Source: Geotalea uraniireducens Rf4
GTDB lineage: Bacteria > Desulfobacterota > Desulfuromonadia > Geobacterales > Geobacteraceae
Assembly: GCF_000016745.1 (NCBI RefSeq)
Contig: NC_009483.1
Span: forward strand, 4,140,001-4,172,000
Direction of reading: 5' to 3'
DNA: 32,000 nucleotides
This document shows, one piece after another, positions 24,643-32,000 of the stretch (position 1 is its first letter; each line of letters opens with the position of its first letter). The position numbers and the translations under genes are program-made. The notes under the pieces were generated by a model. It was not told the origin of the DNA. It saw only the letters and a program-made list of their open reading frames with translations, and did no database searches.

Positions 24643-26379
24643 CTACCAGTTGAATACTTCGTCCAGCTCCTCATCCTTCATCATGAAAGTGAGGTTGTGT
24701 GGTGCAACCGGCTCGTTGTAGAAGAAGCGCGGCAACCGATCGTGGTGCTTGGTGAAGCCGGCCCGGGTGTTGAAGTCCCGCTCGGCGGAGAGTACCTTTT
24801 TCCCCAGCGCCACCACGTCGTCGCCGGTCATGGTGATGCCGTAGAAGGAACCGAGCATGTCCAGGAGCGCCTGGAAGGTTTCCGGCTGGTCCAAGATGGC
24901 AAAGGCGATGAAGAGGCACATGCCGGTGGAGTCGATGGCGGCGGTGGCGATCTGCAGGTTCCGCGACAGTTCTATCTGCCCCTCGGTCTTGAGCGGATCA
25001 ACGTCGCCCCCCACCTTGAGGATGTTGGTGGCGATGGCGTATCCGGCCGTGTGGTCGGCCCCCTGGGTGGTCGTGGCATAGGTGACGCCGATTCCCTGGA
25101 CTGCGCGCGGATCGTAGGCAGGCAGGGCCTGGTCCTTGACCACCGGCACCCGCTCGACGCCGAACACCTTGCCGGTCACCGCGGCGCCGCTGCCAAGCAC
25201 CCGCCCGAGCGGCGTCCCCTTGCCGACCTCTTCCATCAGCCGGATAGCGCCTTCGCGGTCGCCGAACTCGATAATCCCCGCATCCATGGCCACGCCGATG
25301 GTGACCCCCATCTCGATTGTGTCGACGCCGATGTTGTCGTCCATGAAGTCGAGCCGGGCGACGGTGTCCAGGTCGTCGATGCCGCAGTGGCCGCCATGGG
25401 ACCAGACCGTCTCGTACTCGGGCTGTTTGGTCAGGTAATGACCGTCTTTATCGTTGTATATCCCCGAGCACTGGATGACGCAGCCGCGATGGCAGCCGTG
25501 GGTGGCGGTGCCGCCCCGCTTGATTTCCAGTTCCGCCTGGGCTTCGCCGGAGAGCTTGGACGAGCCGGCGAACTGGCCGGTCTTGAAGTTATTGGTTGGA
25601 TAGCCGCCCGCCTCGTTGAGCACGTTGGTGAGGACGTTGGTGCCGTATGCGGGGAGCCCTTCGCCGGTGACCGGGTGCTTGCGCAGCCCTTCGACGAATT
25701 TGCGGTTGGCGTCACGGTATTTTTCCGGGTCCTTGGGAGGACGCATAGTCATGCCTGCGTCATCGAGGATGATCGCCTTGACCCTCTTGGCGCCCATTAC
25801 CGCTCCCACTCCGCCACGGCCGCAGTGGCGGGTCGGCCGCAGTTCGGGGTCGGTGCAGGCGATGGAGGCTGCCAGCAGTTTCCGCTCTCCGGCAGTGCCG
25901 ATGGACATGTAGGCCACCTTGTCGCCGTATTCCTGGCGCAGCTTCTCGATGACCGGGTAGTTGTCCAGCTCCTTCAGGCTGTTGTCGACGATGACCTTGA
26001 TGCCGTCCTTGTTGATATGGATCTTGTAGAGGTCGTCACCAGCCGGCTTCCCTTCGAGGATGACGGCGGCATAGCCGAGCCGAGCCAGCACCTGGGCCGC
26101 CTGGCCGCCAGCGTTGGATTCCTTGATGGTGCCGGTCAGCGGGCTCTTGCAGCCGACCGACAGCCGGCCGGTCATGGAGCCGGTGGTGCCGCTCAGCATG
26201 CCGGGGGCGATGACCAGCTTGTTCTCCGCTCCCAGCGGATGACAGAGGGGGTGCACTTCCTTGGCGATGATGAGGGACGTCATCGCCCTGCCGCCGAGTC
26301 CGGCATACTCGCCGACTTCTTCAAACGTTACCATGGGGCCGCCTGCCGCCCCCATGTCGATCCTGGCAATCTTTTCCAT
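24643..26379 (-). CDS. aor: tungsten-containing aldehyde:ferredoxin oxidoreductase (AOR family)
   Basis: 578 aa. The N-terminus is MEKIARIDMGAAG...GGR. The 4Fe-4S Cys motif is HGCHRGCVIQC. It also carries TYATTTQGADH and DSTGMCLF. Confidence 0.95.
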   Translation of the reverse strand: MEKIARIDMGAAGGPMVTFEEVGEYAGLGGRAMTSLIIAKEVHPLCHPLGAENKLVIAPGMLSGTTGSMTGRLSVGCKSPLTGTIKESNAGGQAAQVLARLGYAAVILEGKPAGDDLYKIHINKDGIKVIVDNSLKELDNYPVIEKLRQEYGDKVAYMSIGTAGERKLLAASIACTDPELRPTRHCGRGGVGAVMGAKRVKAIILDDAGMTMRPPKDPEKYRDANRKFVEGLRKHPVTGEGLPAYGTNVLTNVLNEAGGYPTNNFKTGQFAGSSKLSGEAQAELEIKRGGTATHGCHRGCVIQCSGIYNDKDGHYLTKQPEYETVWSHGGHCGIDDLDTVARLDFMDDNIGVDTIEMGVTIGVAMDAGIIEFGDREGAIRLMEEVGKGTPLGRVLGSGAAVTGKVFGVERVPVVKDQALPAYDPRAVQGIGVTYATTTQGADHTAGYAIATNILKVGGDVDPLKTEGQIELSRNLQIATAAIDSTGMCLFIAFAILDQPETFQALLDMLGSFYGITMTGDDVVALGKKVLSAERDFNTRAGFTKHHDRLPRFFYNEPVAPHNLTFMMKDEELDEVFNW

Positions 26380-26428
26380 ACGTTTACTCCTTTCCCTTTT
26401 TTGAATGTTGTGGCTTCAAGCCACGTTA

Positions 26429-26525
26429 ATTCTCCTTTCCAAAGGGAGGCGTCGCAGTTTCCCGCGAAACCCGTTGGCCTCTTTCCTTGGGGGGATGCCC
26501 TGTAGGTGAGGAGGCTCGGAGAAAA
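26429..26525 (-). promoter_or_regulatory. Moco/Tuco-type riboswitch aptamer (copy 3)
   Basis: The minus-strand RNA reads UUCUCCGAGCCUCCUCACCUACAGGGCAUCCCCCCAAGGAAAGAGGCCAACGGGUUUCGCGGGAAACUGCGACGCCUCCCUUUGGAAAGGAGAAU. The GAAA hairpin covaries with copy 2 (UCGCGG/CUGCGA versus CUGCCG/CGGCAG). It lies upstream of AOR. Confidence 0.8.
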
Positions 26526-26535
26526 ACAGGTGTGG

Positions 26536-27651
26536 TCATACAGTCCAATGAAACGCTATCATCACTGCCGTCTGGTTCAAATGGCCGATGAACTGCTCGC
26601 CGTAGGTGCTGAAACCGATGGTGGGAATGCCTGCGAACAGCTCCCCGTATTTGTCGCTCTGACCTTTTTGCTCAAGCTCCATGGTGCGCAGGATGCAATT
26701 GAAGGTAATGATGCCGGAGATGCCCGCAAGTTCCGATCTTGCCGCTTCGAGCGCCTTTTTCGTGTCGGCGATGATGTCCGTCGATTCCAGCAGATTCAGT
26801 TCCATGCCTTCCTTCACGCCGCAGCAGAAGTGCATGCTGTTCCCCATGATTCTCTGCGGGCTGAGCACGTACGGATCGCCTTCGAAGACAATCCCGACCG
26901 GATTGCTCATAAAGCGATTCGGGGCATCGGCAACTGAAGTGCCCACAGCCTCCGCATAGGCAATGGCAGCCGGTTTGTGGTTGAACTCCAGGATTTCCCG
27001 TTTCGCCTCGTTCACCTTGGTCACCAGCAGTTTTTGCGGCAAGGGGGAGAAACTTTGCGTCTTGATGAACGAAAACGGGCCCGCCGGCTCCAGCACCGCC
27101 AGCACTGCCGCATTGGTGTAACTCTTGCCGTTGGCGTAAACATGGGTGGCGGAAAATTTCAGATCGTCTCCCGCTGAGCCGCCAACAAAGTTTATGTTGG
27201 TCAAATCGCCGATCCGGTCTATTACCCGCTCTTCCGCGCCGCTCAGGCCATCGATGAGCAAGATTCCCAGATACTTCTTGCGGTCCATTGCCGCCGGCGG
27301 CGTTTGAAAATGCTGCTCGAAAGCATCGAACGCCTTGTCCACCGGGTTCCCGGTCGTGATGTTTTCAAGCACCTCAACCTTTACCCCATTGAGGGAATCC
27401 CGGCTGAATGCCATGGCAACAACGGAATGGTTGAGCATCCTGCCGGAAACGATCTCCCCCGCGGTCGAACAGCCGAAGGTCACGGCATCGGGGAAGGCGT
27501 TCCCCATCAAACGGGCGGCGCGCTCGGGATCAAATATGGAGGAAGCGAAGAACACGAGCATTTTCGCTTCAAACCCTCCCAGCTGTTGCCGGATGTCCGC
27601 AACAGCTTCGCGTATGTCACTCTCAACGGAAAAGGCTGTTTTTATGTTCAC
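26536..27651 (-). CDS. FIST (FIST_N + FIST_C) sensory domain protein
   Basis: 371 aa. The layout MLVFFASS...FGCSTAGEI...INFVGGSAGD...GFSTYGEQ is typical of FIST proteins. No output domain is present. Confidence 0.8.
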   Translation of the reverse strand: MNIKTAFSVESDIREAVADIRQQLGGFEAKMLVFFASSIFDPERAARLMGNAFPDAVTFGCSTAGEIVSGRMLNHSVVAMAFSRDSLNGVKVEVLENITTGNPVDKAFDAFEQHFQTPPAAMDRKKYLGILLIDGLSGAEERVIDRIGDLTNINFVGGSAGDDLKFSATHVYANGKSYTNAAVLAVLEPAGPFSFIKTQSFSPLPQKLLVTKVNEAKREILEFNHKPAAIAYAEAVGTSVADAPNRFMSNPVGIVFEGDPYVLSPQRIMGNSMHFCCGVKEGMELNLLESTDIIADTKKALEAARSELAGISGIITFNCILRTMELEQKGQSDKYGELFAGIPTIGFSTYGEQFIGHLNQTAVMIAFHWTV

Positions 27652-27666
27652 AAGCGGCTCCTGTTA

Positions 27667-27870
27667 TCATTCCGTATTCAGTTTGTATTCGTTGATCATC
27701 TCTTGCAGTTTCCCCATCACAACCGGGTCGTCATCGGATTGAGCGGTGTAATTTTTAGGATCGATACCCTTCAGGATCAGTTTGATCTTTACGGTTCCTT
27801 CCAGAATTTTGTCGCCATGCGCCCGTTGAGTGACGATGGTATCGATCAGCCGCTTGATATTCCCGGCCAT
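27667..27870 (-). CDS. 67-aa hypothetical protein
   Basis: Translation: MAGNIKRLIDTIVTQRAHGDKILEGTVKIKLILKGIDPKNYTAQSDDDPVVMGKLQEMINEYKLNTE. A GAGGAGA SD precedes it. Its stop is 15 nt before the FIST start. No family recognised. Confidence 0.6.
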   Translation of the reverse strand: MAGNIKRLIDTIVTQRAHGDKILEGTVKIKLILKGIDPKNYTAQSDDDPVVMGKLQEMINEYKLNTE

Positions 27871-27959
27871 CTCGTGTCTCCTCTGTCTTTATCTGACTGT
27901 TACCCAAGCGACGTTGCCGTTGGGTTTTTCGATGATCCGTTTAATCCGACCCGCCTTGA

Positions 27960-29393
27960 CTACGTGGACAGCTCCATCTGCCTGAGGATCACTACGCGGT
28001 AGCTGGCGAACGTCTTGCGCCGCAGACATCCCCAGAAGACGCCGGCCCCGTAAGCGATCTGTTCCAGAAGGTAGATGACGGCAAAACCGACAAACGACAG
28101 GCGCGGCTTTCTGACCGAATAATCGACCCCGGCAGCACACGCCAGCACAGCAACTGGCACGGCGCAGAACAGGGGAACGATCAAGGCGATGGCGATGAGT
28201 ACCGGGGCGTAGTATCGCACCAGGTGGTAGCAGAGGTAATAGACCAGACTGCCGAGGGCCCGCAGGCGACCCGCAAGAAGAGCAGAAAGGCCGATAGGGA
28301 GTCGCCGGCGGGCAAACCGCAACCGGACGACCATCGCGTCGGCCGCGAGCACCCCCGCTGCCGGCAGTAACGACCAGCAGCCCGTAAACGGAGCCATGAG
28401 GCAGAGTGCCAGGACAAAGGCCAGCAGAGGAGGGATAATCATCCGCTTCCGTCGGTGGGGATGGAGGAGCTGGAGCAGCCCTTCGGAGGTGCCGTAGTCG
28501 AAACGGCGGGACATGAATGAACGGAGGGTGCTGCGGTGCTCGTGGTAAACACGGCCCAGAGGGAGGTAAGCGATGGTCCATCCCTCGTCCCGCAGGCGCC
28601 AGGTCAGGTCAACGTCCTCACCCACATGCATGGCATCGTCGAAACCGTCGACGCTGAGGAAAATGGTCCGCCGCACCAGCATGTTGCAGCTCGGCAGATA
28701 GAACGTATCGTCCCCCCCACTTCCGGAGCGCTCCCGGGAACCGAGGGAAAGGCTGGACATGACCGCCTCGTAGCGGTCGACGGCGGAAGTAGTGCACATT
28801 CCGTCCACCATCCCCCCAACCGCCGCCGTTTTGGGATCGTTGAAGAGCGGTATCAGTTCCGCAAGCCACTTCTCCGACGCGGTACAGTCCGAATCGATGA
28901 AGGCGAGTATCTCTCCCCGTGCGTTCGCAGCCCCGACGTTGCGGGCCGCTGCCGGCCCCCGTCCCGTGCCGCCTGATGGTACGACGAGGGCTCCGAATTC
29001 CCGCGCAACCAGCGGGGAGTCGTCCCGGCTTCCGTCATCCACGACGATTACCTGGATCATCTCCTGCGGATAGTCGAGCTGGGCGAGGGAAGCAAGGCAG
29101 CGTTTCAACTCTTCTGCCCGGTCCTTGACCGGGATGACGACACTGACAGTGGGAAGTGCCGCCGGTTGCTCCTGAACGCTTCGAAGCCGCTCCACGAATC
29201 CCTTTGCCGCCAGCTGCTCCAGAACTTCCGCTTCGCCGGCAGTTGCGGCCCTCAGCGATCCATCCATCCCGAGTCTGACCAGTTCCGCCAGGGAACGGTT
29301 AAGGCGCAGGACGCAGAGGGGAGCCTTTGCCACGAGGAAGCTTCCCCCGTCCCGTTCCACCAGTTCCACATGCTGCGCCAGTCGATAGATCAT
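27960..29393 (-). CDS. GT2 glycosyltransferase with N-terminal PqqD-like region and C-terminal polytopic membrane domain (MftF-like)
   Basis: 477 aa. Motifs VSVVIPVKDRAEEL, VVDDGSRDDS, FIDSDC and HVGEDVDLTWRL mark the GT-A core. About 170 C-terminal residues are hydrophobic, ending in EQIAYGAGVFWG. The architecture matches my recollection of mycofactocin-system glycosyltransferases (TIGR03965). Confidence 0.8.
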   Translation of the reverse strand: MIYRLAQHVELVERDGGSFLVAKAPLCVLRLNRSLAELVRLGMDGSLRAATAGEAEVLEQLAAKGFVERLRSVQEQPAALPTVSVVIPVKDRAEELKRCLASLAQLDYPQEMIQVIVVDDGSRDDSPLVAREFGALVVPSGGTGRGPAAARNVGAANARGEILAFIDSDCTASEKWLAELIPLFNDPKTAAVGGMVDGMCTTSAVDRYEAVMSSLSLGSRERSGSGGDDTFYLPSCNMLVRRTIFLSVDGFDDAMHVGEDVDLTWRLRDEGWTIAYLPLGRVYHEHRSTLRSFMSRRFDYGTSEGLLQLLHPHRRKRMIIPPLLAFVLALCLMAPFTGCWSLLPAAGVLAADAMVVRLRFARRRLPIGLSALLAGRLRALGSLVYYLCYHLVRYYAPVLIAIALIVPLFCAVPVAVLACAAGVDYSVRKPRLSFVGFAVIYLLEQIAYGAGVFWGCLRRKTFASYRVVILRQMELST

Positions 29394-29466
29394 CTTGATA
29401 ACCTCTGACTACCATGAAAAGCTTTCGCCACAGGACTTACAGATCCAAACGGTCCGAGAGGACTCA

Positions 29467-30357
29467 TCACGCCTTCTCCACCAAAAGCCCCTCTTCACCA
29501 AGTATCCGCCAGAGCCCTTCTGCCGTATCATCGGTCGAAAGAGCATGCTGTTTTCCCTCACGGGCCTTGATCCCGCCGGAGAGGAGCGAGAGGATACGCT
29601 CGAAAGCGGGAAGTTTTGCATCCGGAGTCACCACCCGCACCGGGTCGGGACGCGGGACACCGAACTCGGCTGTCGTGAGATATGCGCCCGTGGCGCCGAT
29701 CTCCCAGAAGGGGAGCCCCAGGTCCGCCAGTCCCCACGTTTCAACGTTTGCGGTCAGCGCCTCGGTAACAGCCTCGACGGAAGGATAGCGGGGCGACCGG
29801 CTTTCCTCGAAGAGAATCGTAGATGGGAACGGTACGGTGACCACCTGCCTGCCACCCCGATCCCCTTTGCGCAGCACTTCAACCCATTCGGTTTTCAGGG
29901 TGAGAGAGACGGCGGCGGCAATGCTTGGCATGCCGTTCACGGCAGCGGCCAGGGCCGGCACCGGATCGTTACCCCGGTCAGCCAGGCGGTTACCGGTGAA
30001 GACGAGGGTTGGCGCAAGAATGGTCATGATCCGGGAGAGGACCCTGGCATCAGCCACGGCGTCCCCCCCCTCCAGGCCATGATCCCAGAACCGTATCCCC
30101 CGGTCAGCCCCCATGGAGAAGGCAAGCCGCAAGGTGTCGTCAAGACGGGCGGGACCGACTGCAAGAACGGTCACCGTGGCGCCGACTCTGTCTTTAAGGC
30201 AGAGCGCCTCTTCCAGGGCCGCAAGATCGGCCGGGTTCGGTACGCGCCTTAAGCCCCGGTCGCTGATGCCAGCGCCCCGCGTGATGACGCGGGCCGGGGG
30301 GCGAGGATCACTGCTCTCCCGAAGGAGGACGAGTATGTTGAGTTTTTTCTGTGGCAT
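29467..30357 (-). CDS. electron transfer flavoprotein beta-subunit-like (EtfB/FixA-like) protein
   Basis: 296 aa. It carries NILVLL...NPADLAALEEALCLKD...VTVLAVGP...LRLAFSMGADRGI...LVFTGNRLADRGNDPVPALAAAVNGMP. No EtfA-like gene is adjacent within the window. Confidence 0.75.
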   Translation of the reverse strand: MPQKKLNILVLLRESSDPRPPARVITRGAGISDRGLRRVPNPADLAALEEALCLKDRVGATVTVLAVGPARLDDTLRLAFSMGADRGIRFWDHGLEGGDAVADARVLSRIMTILAPTLVFTGNRLADRGNDPVPALAAAVNGMPSIAAAVSLTLKTEWVEVLRKGDRGGRQVVTVPFPSTILFEESRSPRYPSVEAVTEALTANVETWGLADLGLPFWEIGATGAYLTTAEFGVPRPDPVRVVTPDAKLPAFERILSLLSGGIKAREGKQHALSTDDTAEGLWRILGEEGLLVEKA

Positions 30358-30374
30358 GGGTAACTCCTGAAATT

Positions 30375-30440
30375 AATTTTGAATTATGAATGTTGAATTT
30401 TGAATTAAATTCAAAATTAAGAGTTCAAAATTCAAAATTG
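30375..30440. repeat. AT-rich heptad-phased inverted-repeat array (AATTTTG-type units)
   Basis: In a single 7-nt register it reads AATTTTG AATTATG AATGTTG AATTTTG AATTAAA TTCAAAA TTAAGAG TTCAAAA TTCAAAA. The central dyad AATTTTGAATT-A-AATTCAAAATT is a perfect 11 bp. It fills the gap between the fixX stop (30444) and the SD of the EtfB-like gene (30365-30369). Confidence 0.85.
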
Positions 30441-30443
30441 CCT

Positions 30444-30722
30444 TTACGTCATTCGGTACGCGACGCCGAATCCTCCCCGCGGGTAGCGCCAGCGGGTGAA
30501 GGCGTTCTTGTGGCAGACCACATAGCAGGTGCCGCATTCCAGGCAGCCGTCATGGACGAAGGTCATTATTTGCTCCTCCTCCGACCAGGTGTAGCAACGG
30601 GCGGGACAGGAGTTGGTGCAGCCGCGATTGTCGCAGCCGACGCAGACCGCAGTATCGAGAACGATATGGGGTTCCCGGTCGATGGTGAAACTGGTGAAGT
30701 CGAATATTTCGTCTATGTTCAC
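30444..30722 (-). CDS. fixX: FixX-type ferredoxin-like protein
   Basis: 92 aa. The Cys pattern is CVGCDNRGCTNSCPARC...CLECGTC. It overlaps fixC by 4 nt. Confidence 0.9.
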   Translation of the reverse strand: MNIDEIFDFTSFTIDREPHIVLDTAVCVGCDNRGCTNSCPARCYTWSEEEQIMTFVHDGCLECGTCYVVCHKNAFTRWRYPRGGFGVAYRMT

Positions 30723-32000
30723 AATGCCCTCCAGGCGGTCAGGGCGTCGGAGATGGCGTTCTTCAGGCCGACCCTCTCCTTCACCTCCCGCAGGATGAGT
30801 TTGGGGATGCTCATCTTTGGGGTGCCGTCGATGCGGTAGATGTGTTCCATCATGCTGCAGACCAGTTCCGGGTACTCATTGTAGATCCGCTCGATGTGGA
30901 GCATCTTGGGAGCGTTTCTGAACCCCTTCAGGTCCTTCATTACCCAGCTCAGGTCGAGCCGTTCCTTGTAGCGTTTGAGCGTTTTCAGGGAAAAGTCCTG
31001 CTGCTGATGCGCCTCGATGACGGTCTTTCCCGCCAGGATGCCGGAGTGGGAGGCCAGGTTGATCCCCTCCAGGTTGACGCCGGTGGCATTACAGAGCGCA
31101 GCGGCGTCGCCGGCGACCAGAATGCCGTTGCCGGCCAGTTCCGGAATCATGTTGTAGCCACCTTCGGGGATGACGTGTGCCGAATATTCCTGCAACCGTC
31201 CCCCCCGCACCAGCTTGGCCACCTGCGGTTGCTCCATGAACTCGTTGAGCAGGTCGTAGGGGGTCTTGCCACTGGTGCGCAGACTGGCCAGGTGAAACAC
31301 CAGGCCGATCGAAAGCGAATCGTAGTTGGTGTAGAGGAAACCGCCACCGCGAACACCGCCGGTGCAGCCGACGAACTCATTGGCAAAGCCCTGGTCCCGA
31401 ACCAGCCCAAAGCGATCGTCGATCATCTCTCGCGGCATGTCGATCAGCGCCTTGACACCCACAGCCATCTGATCGGCATTGAACTTGGGACGGCGCAATC
31501 CGGCCTTCTGGGCCGTGAACGACAGTACACCGTCGGCGGCGATCACCACCGGGGCCTTGATCTGTCCCGTGCGTCCCAGGATGGAGACCCCGGCGATCCG
31601 GTCGTTCTTGTAGATCAGGTCGTCCACCGTGGAACGGGTGATCAGGGTGGCGCCGGCTTTGACGGCCTCTTCGGCCAACCAGCGATCAAAGCGGGGGCGG
31701 AAGACGGTATAACCGTTGTAGGGGGCGCGGTCGAAGTTGGTGGTTTCATGCTGTACGTTGAAGCTGGCCTCCGCCGTCATGAAGGTTGTCCCCTTCTTGG
31801 CGATGTGCCGCTCCAGGGGCGCCTTGGTCCAGAAGTCGGGCATGAGCTCTTCGATGGAGGTCATGCGGTGCAGGATGCCGCCGAACATGTTCTTTTCGCC
31901 CGGAAATGTGCCGCGCTCAACAAGGGCCACGTCCAGCCCGGCCCGCGCCATGGTCAATGCGGCCGAGGAGCCGGCCGGTCCCGCACCGACTACGATTGCC
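30719..32000 (-). CDS. fixC: FixC-type FAD-dependent Etf:quinone oxidoreductase (N-terminus beyond window)
   Basis: The frame stays open to the window edge. The upstream residues AIVVGAGPAGSSAALTMARAG form the GxGxxG FAD fold, so the true start lies just beyond 32000. The rest matches FixC/EtfQO-like proteins. Confidence 0.9.
   Translation of the reverse strand, partial: AIVVGAGPAGSSAALTMARAGLDVALVERGTFPGEKNMFGGILHRMTSIEELMPDFWTKAPLERHIAKKGTTFMTAEASFNVQHETTNFDRAPYNGYTVFRPRFDRWLAEEAVKAGATLITRSTVDDLIYKNDRIAGVSILGRTGQIKAPVVIAADGVLSFTAQKAGLRRPKFNADQMAVGVKALIDMPREMIDDRFGLVRDQGFANEFVGCTGGVRGGGFLYTNYDSLSIGLVFHLASLRTSGKTPYDLLNEFMEQPQVAKLVRGGRLQEYSAHVIPEGGYNMIPELAGNGILVAGDAAALCNATGVNLEGINLASHSGILAGKTVIEAHQQQDFSLKTLKRYKERLDLSWVMKDLKGFRNAPKMLHIERIYNEYPELVCSMMEHIYRIDGTPKMSIPKLILREVKERVGLKNAISDALTAWRAL

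Noticed and set aside
24697-26505. 602-aa plus-strand ORF. Similar long ORFs lie antisense to recognised genes at 508..1464, 5624..6730, 14908..15783, 17716..18825, 18966..19934, 20698..21465 and 29395..30252.
   Set aside because: Each lies exactly opposite a gene with clear family motifs. Their translations are G/R/P/A/H-rich low-complexity strings, typical of shadow frames in GC-rich DNA. None has an SD or recognisable motifs.
27889-28581. 230-aa alternative-frame ORF inside the glycosyltransferase gene. Its tail peptide KAGRIKRIIEKPNGNVAWVTVR reaches into the 27871-27959 gap.
   Set aside because: The ORF is P/R/G-rich shadow frame. The tail has no start codon of its own (no ATG, GTG or TTG in frame after the GT stop), so a separate small gene cannot be supported.
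27960-29393. A complete mycofactocin (mftA-F) cluster.
   Set aside because: Only the MftF-like glycosyltransferase is present. Within the window there is no radical SAM/SPASM protein, no PqqD-like stand-alone protein, no peptidase or dehydrogenase partner, and no short ORF ending in a GVY-type tail.

Overview
GC-rich bacterial chromosomal window. By gene content it looks like a Geobacter/Pelobacter-type member of the Desulfuromonadales; this taxon is inferred, not searched. I saw no rRNA, tRNA, CRISPR array, transposase, integrase or phage genes. The window divides into four blocks. (1) 1-7.6 kb, all minus strand: an electrophile/carbonyl-stress set. It holds an iron-sulfur-flavoprotein-like FMN reductase, MerR, DUF1697, a MarR + aldo/keto reductase pair, a GlxA-type regulator + DJ-1/PfpI pair, and an ArsR-DUF2087-GIY-YIG fusion + second DJ-1/PfpI pair. 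(2) 7.9-16.4 kb: alcohol/aldehyde metabolism. It holds an Fe-alcohol dehydrogenase overlapping a PAS-PP2C phosphatase, a ScpB/YgfG-like crotonase, a candidate sigma-54-driven 37-aa membrane peptide, and a CoA-acylating aldehyde dehydrogenase with a sigma-54 promoter divergent from an AcoR-like enhancer-binding protein. (3) 16.5-26.5 kb, minus strand: tungsten/molybdenum cofactor block. One operon is riboswitch-moaE-tupABC-moeA-moaC-moaB. The other is riboswitch-aldehyde:ferredoxin oxidoreductase followed by a zinc-ribbon peptide, a MoaD-like protein, an unknown 213-aa protein and IclR. (4) 26.5-32 kb, minus strand: fixC-fixX, a lone EtfB-like protein, an MftF-like membrane glycosyltransferase, a 67-aa unknown and a FIST protein. 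Most notable observations: three Moco/Tuco-type riboswitch copies within 14 kb, one controlling a 97-aa protein of unknown function; two AT-rich heptad-phased inverted-repeat arrays placed just upstream of internal Shine-Dalgarno sites in operons; the MftF-like/EtfB-like/FixCX/FIST cluster with no mycofactocin genes visible; and uncharacterised genes coupled to AOR. All family assignments come from motif recognition by eye. No database search was run.
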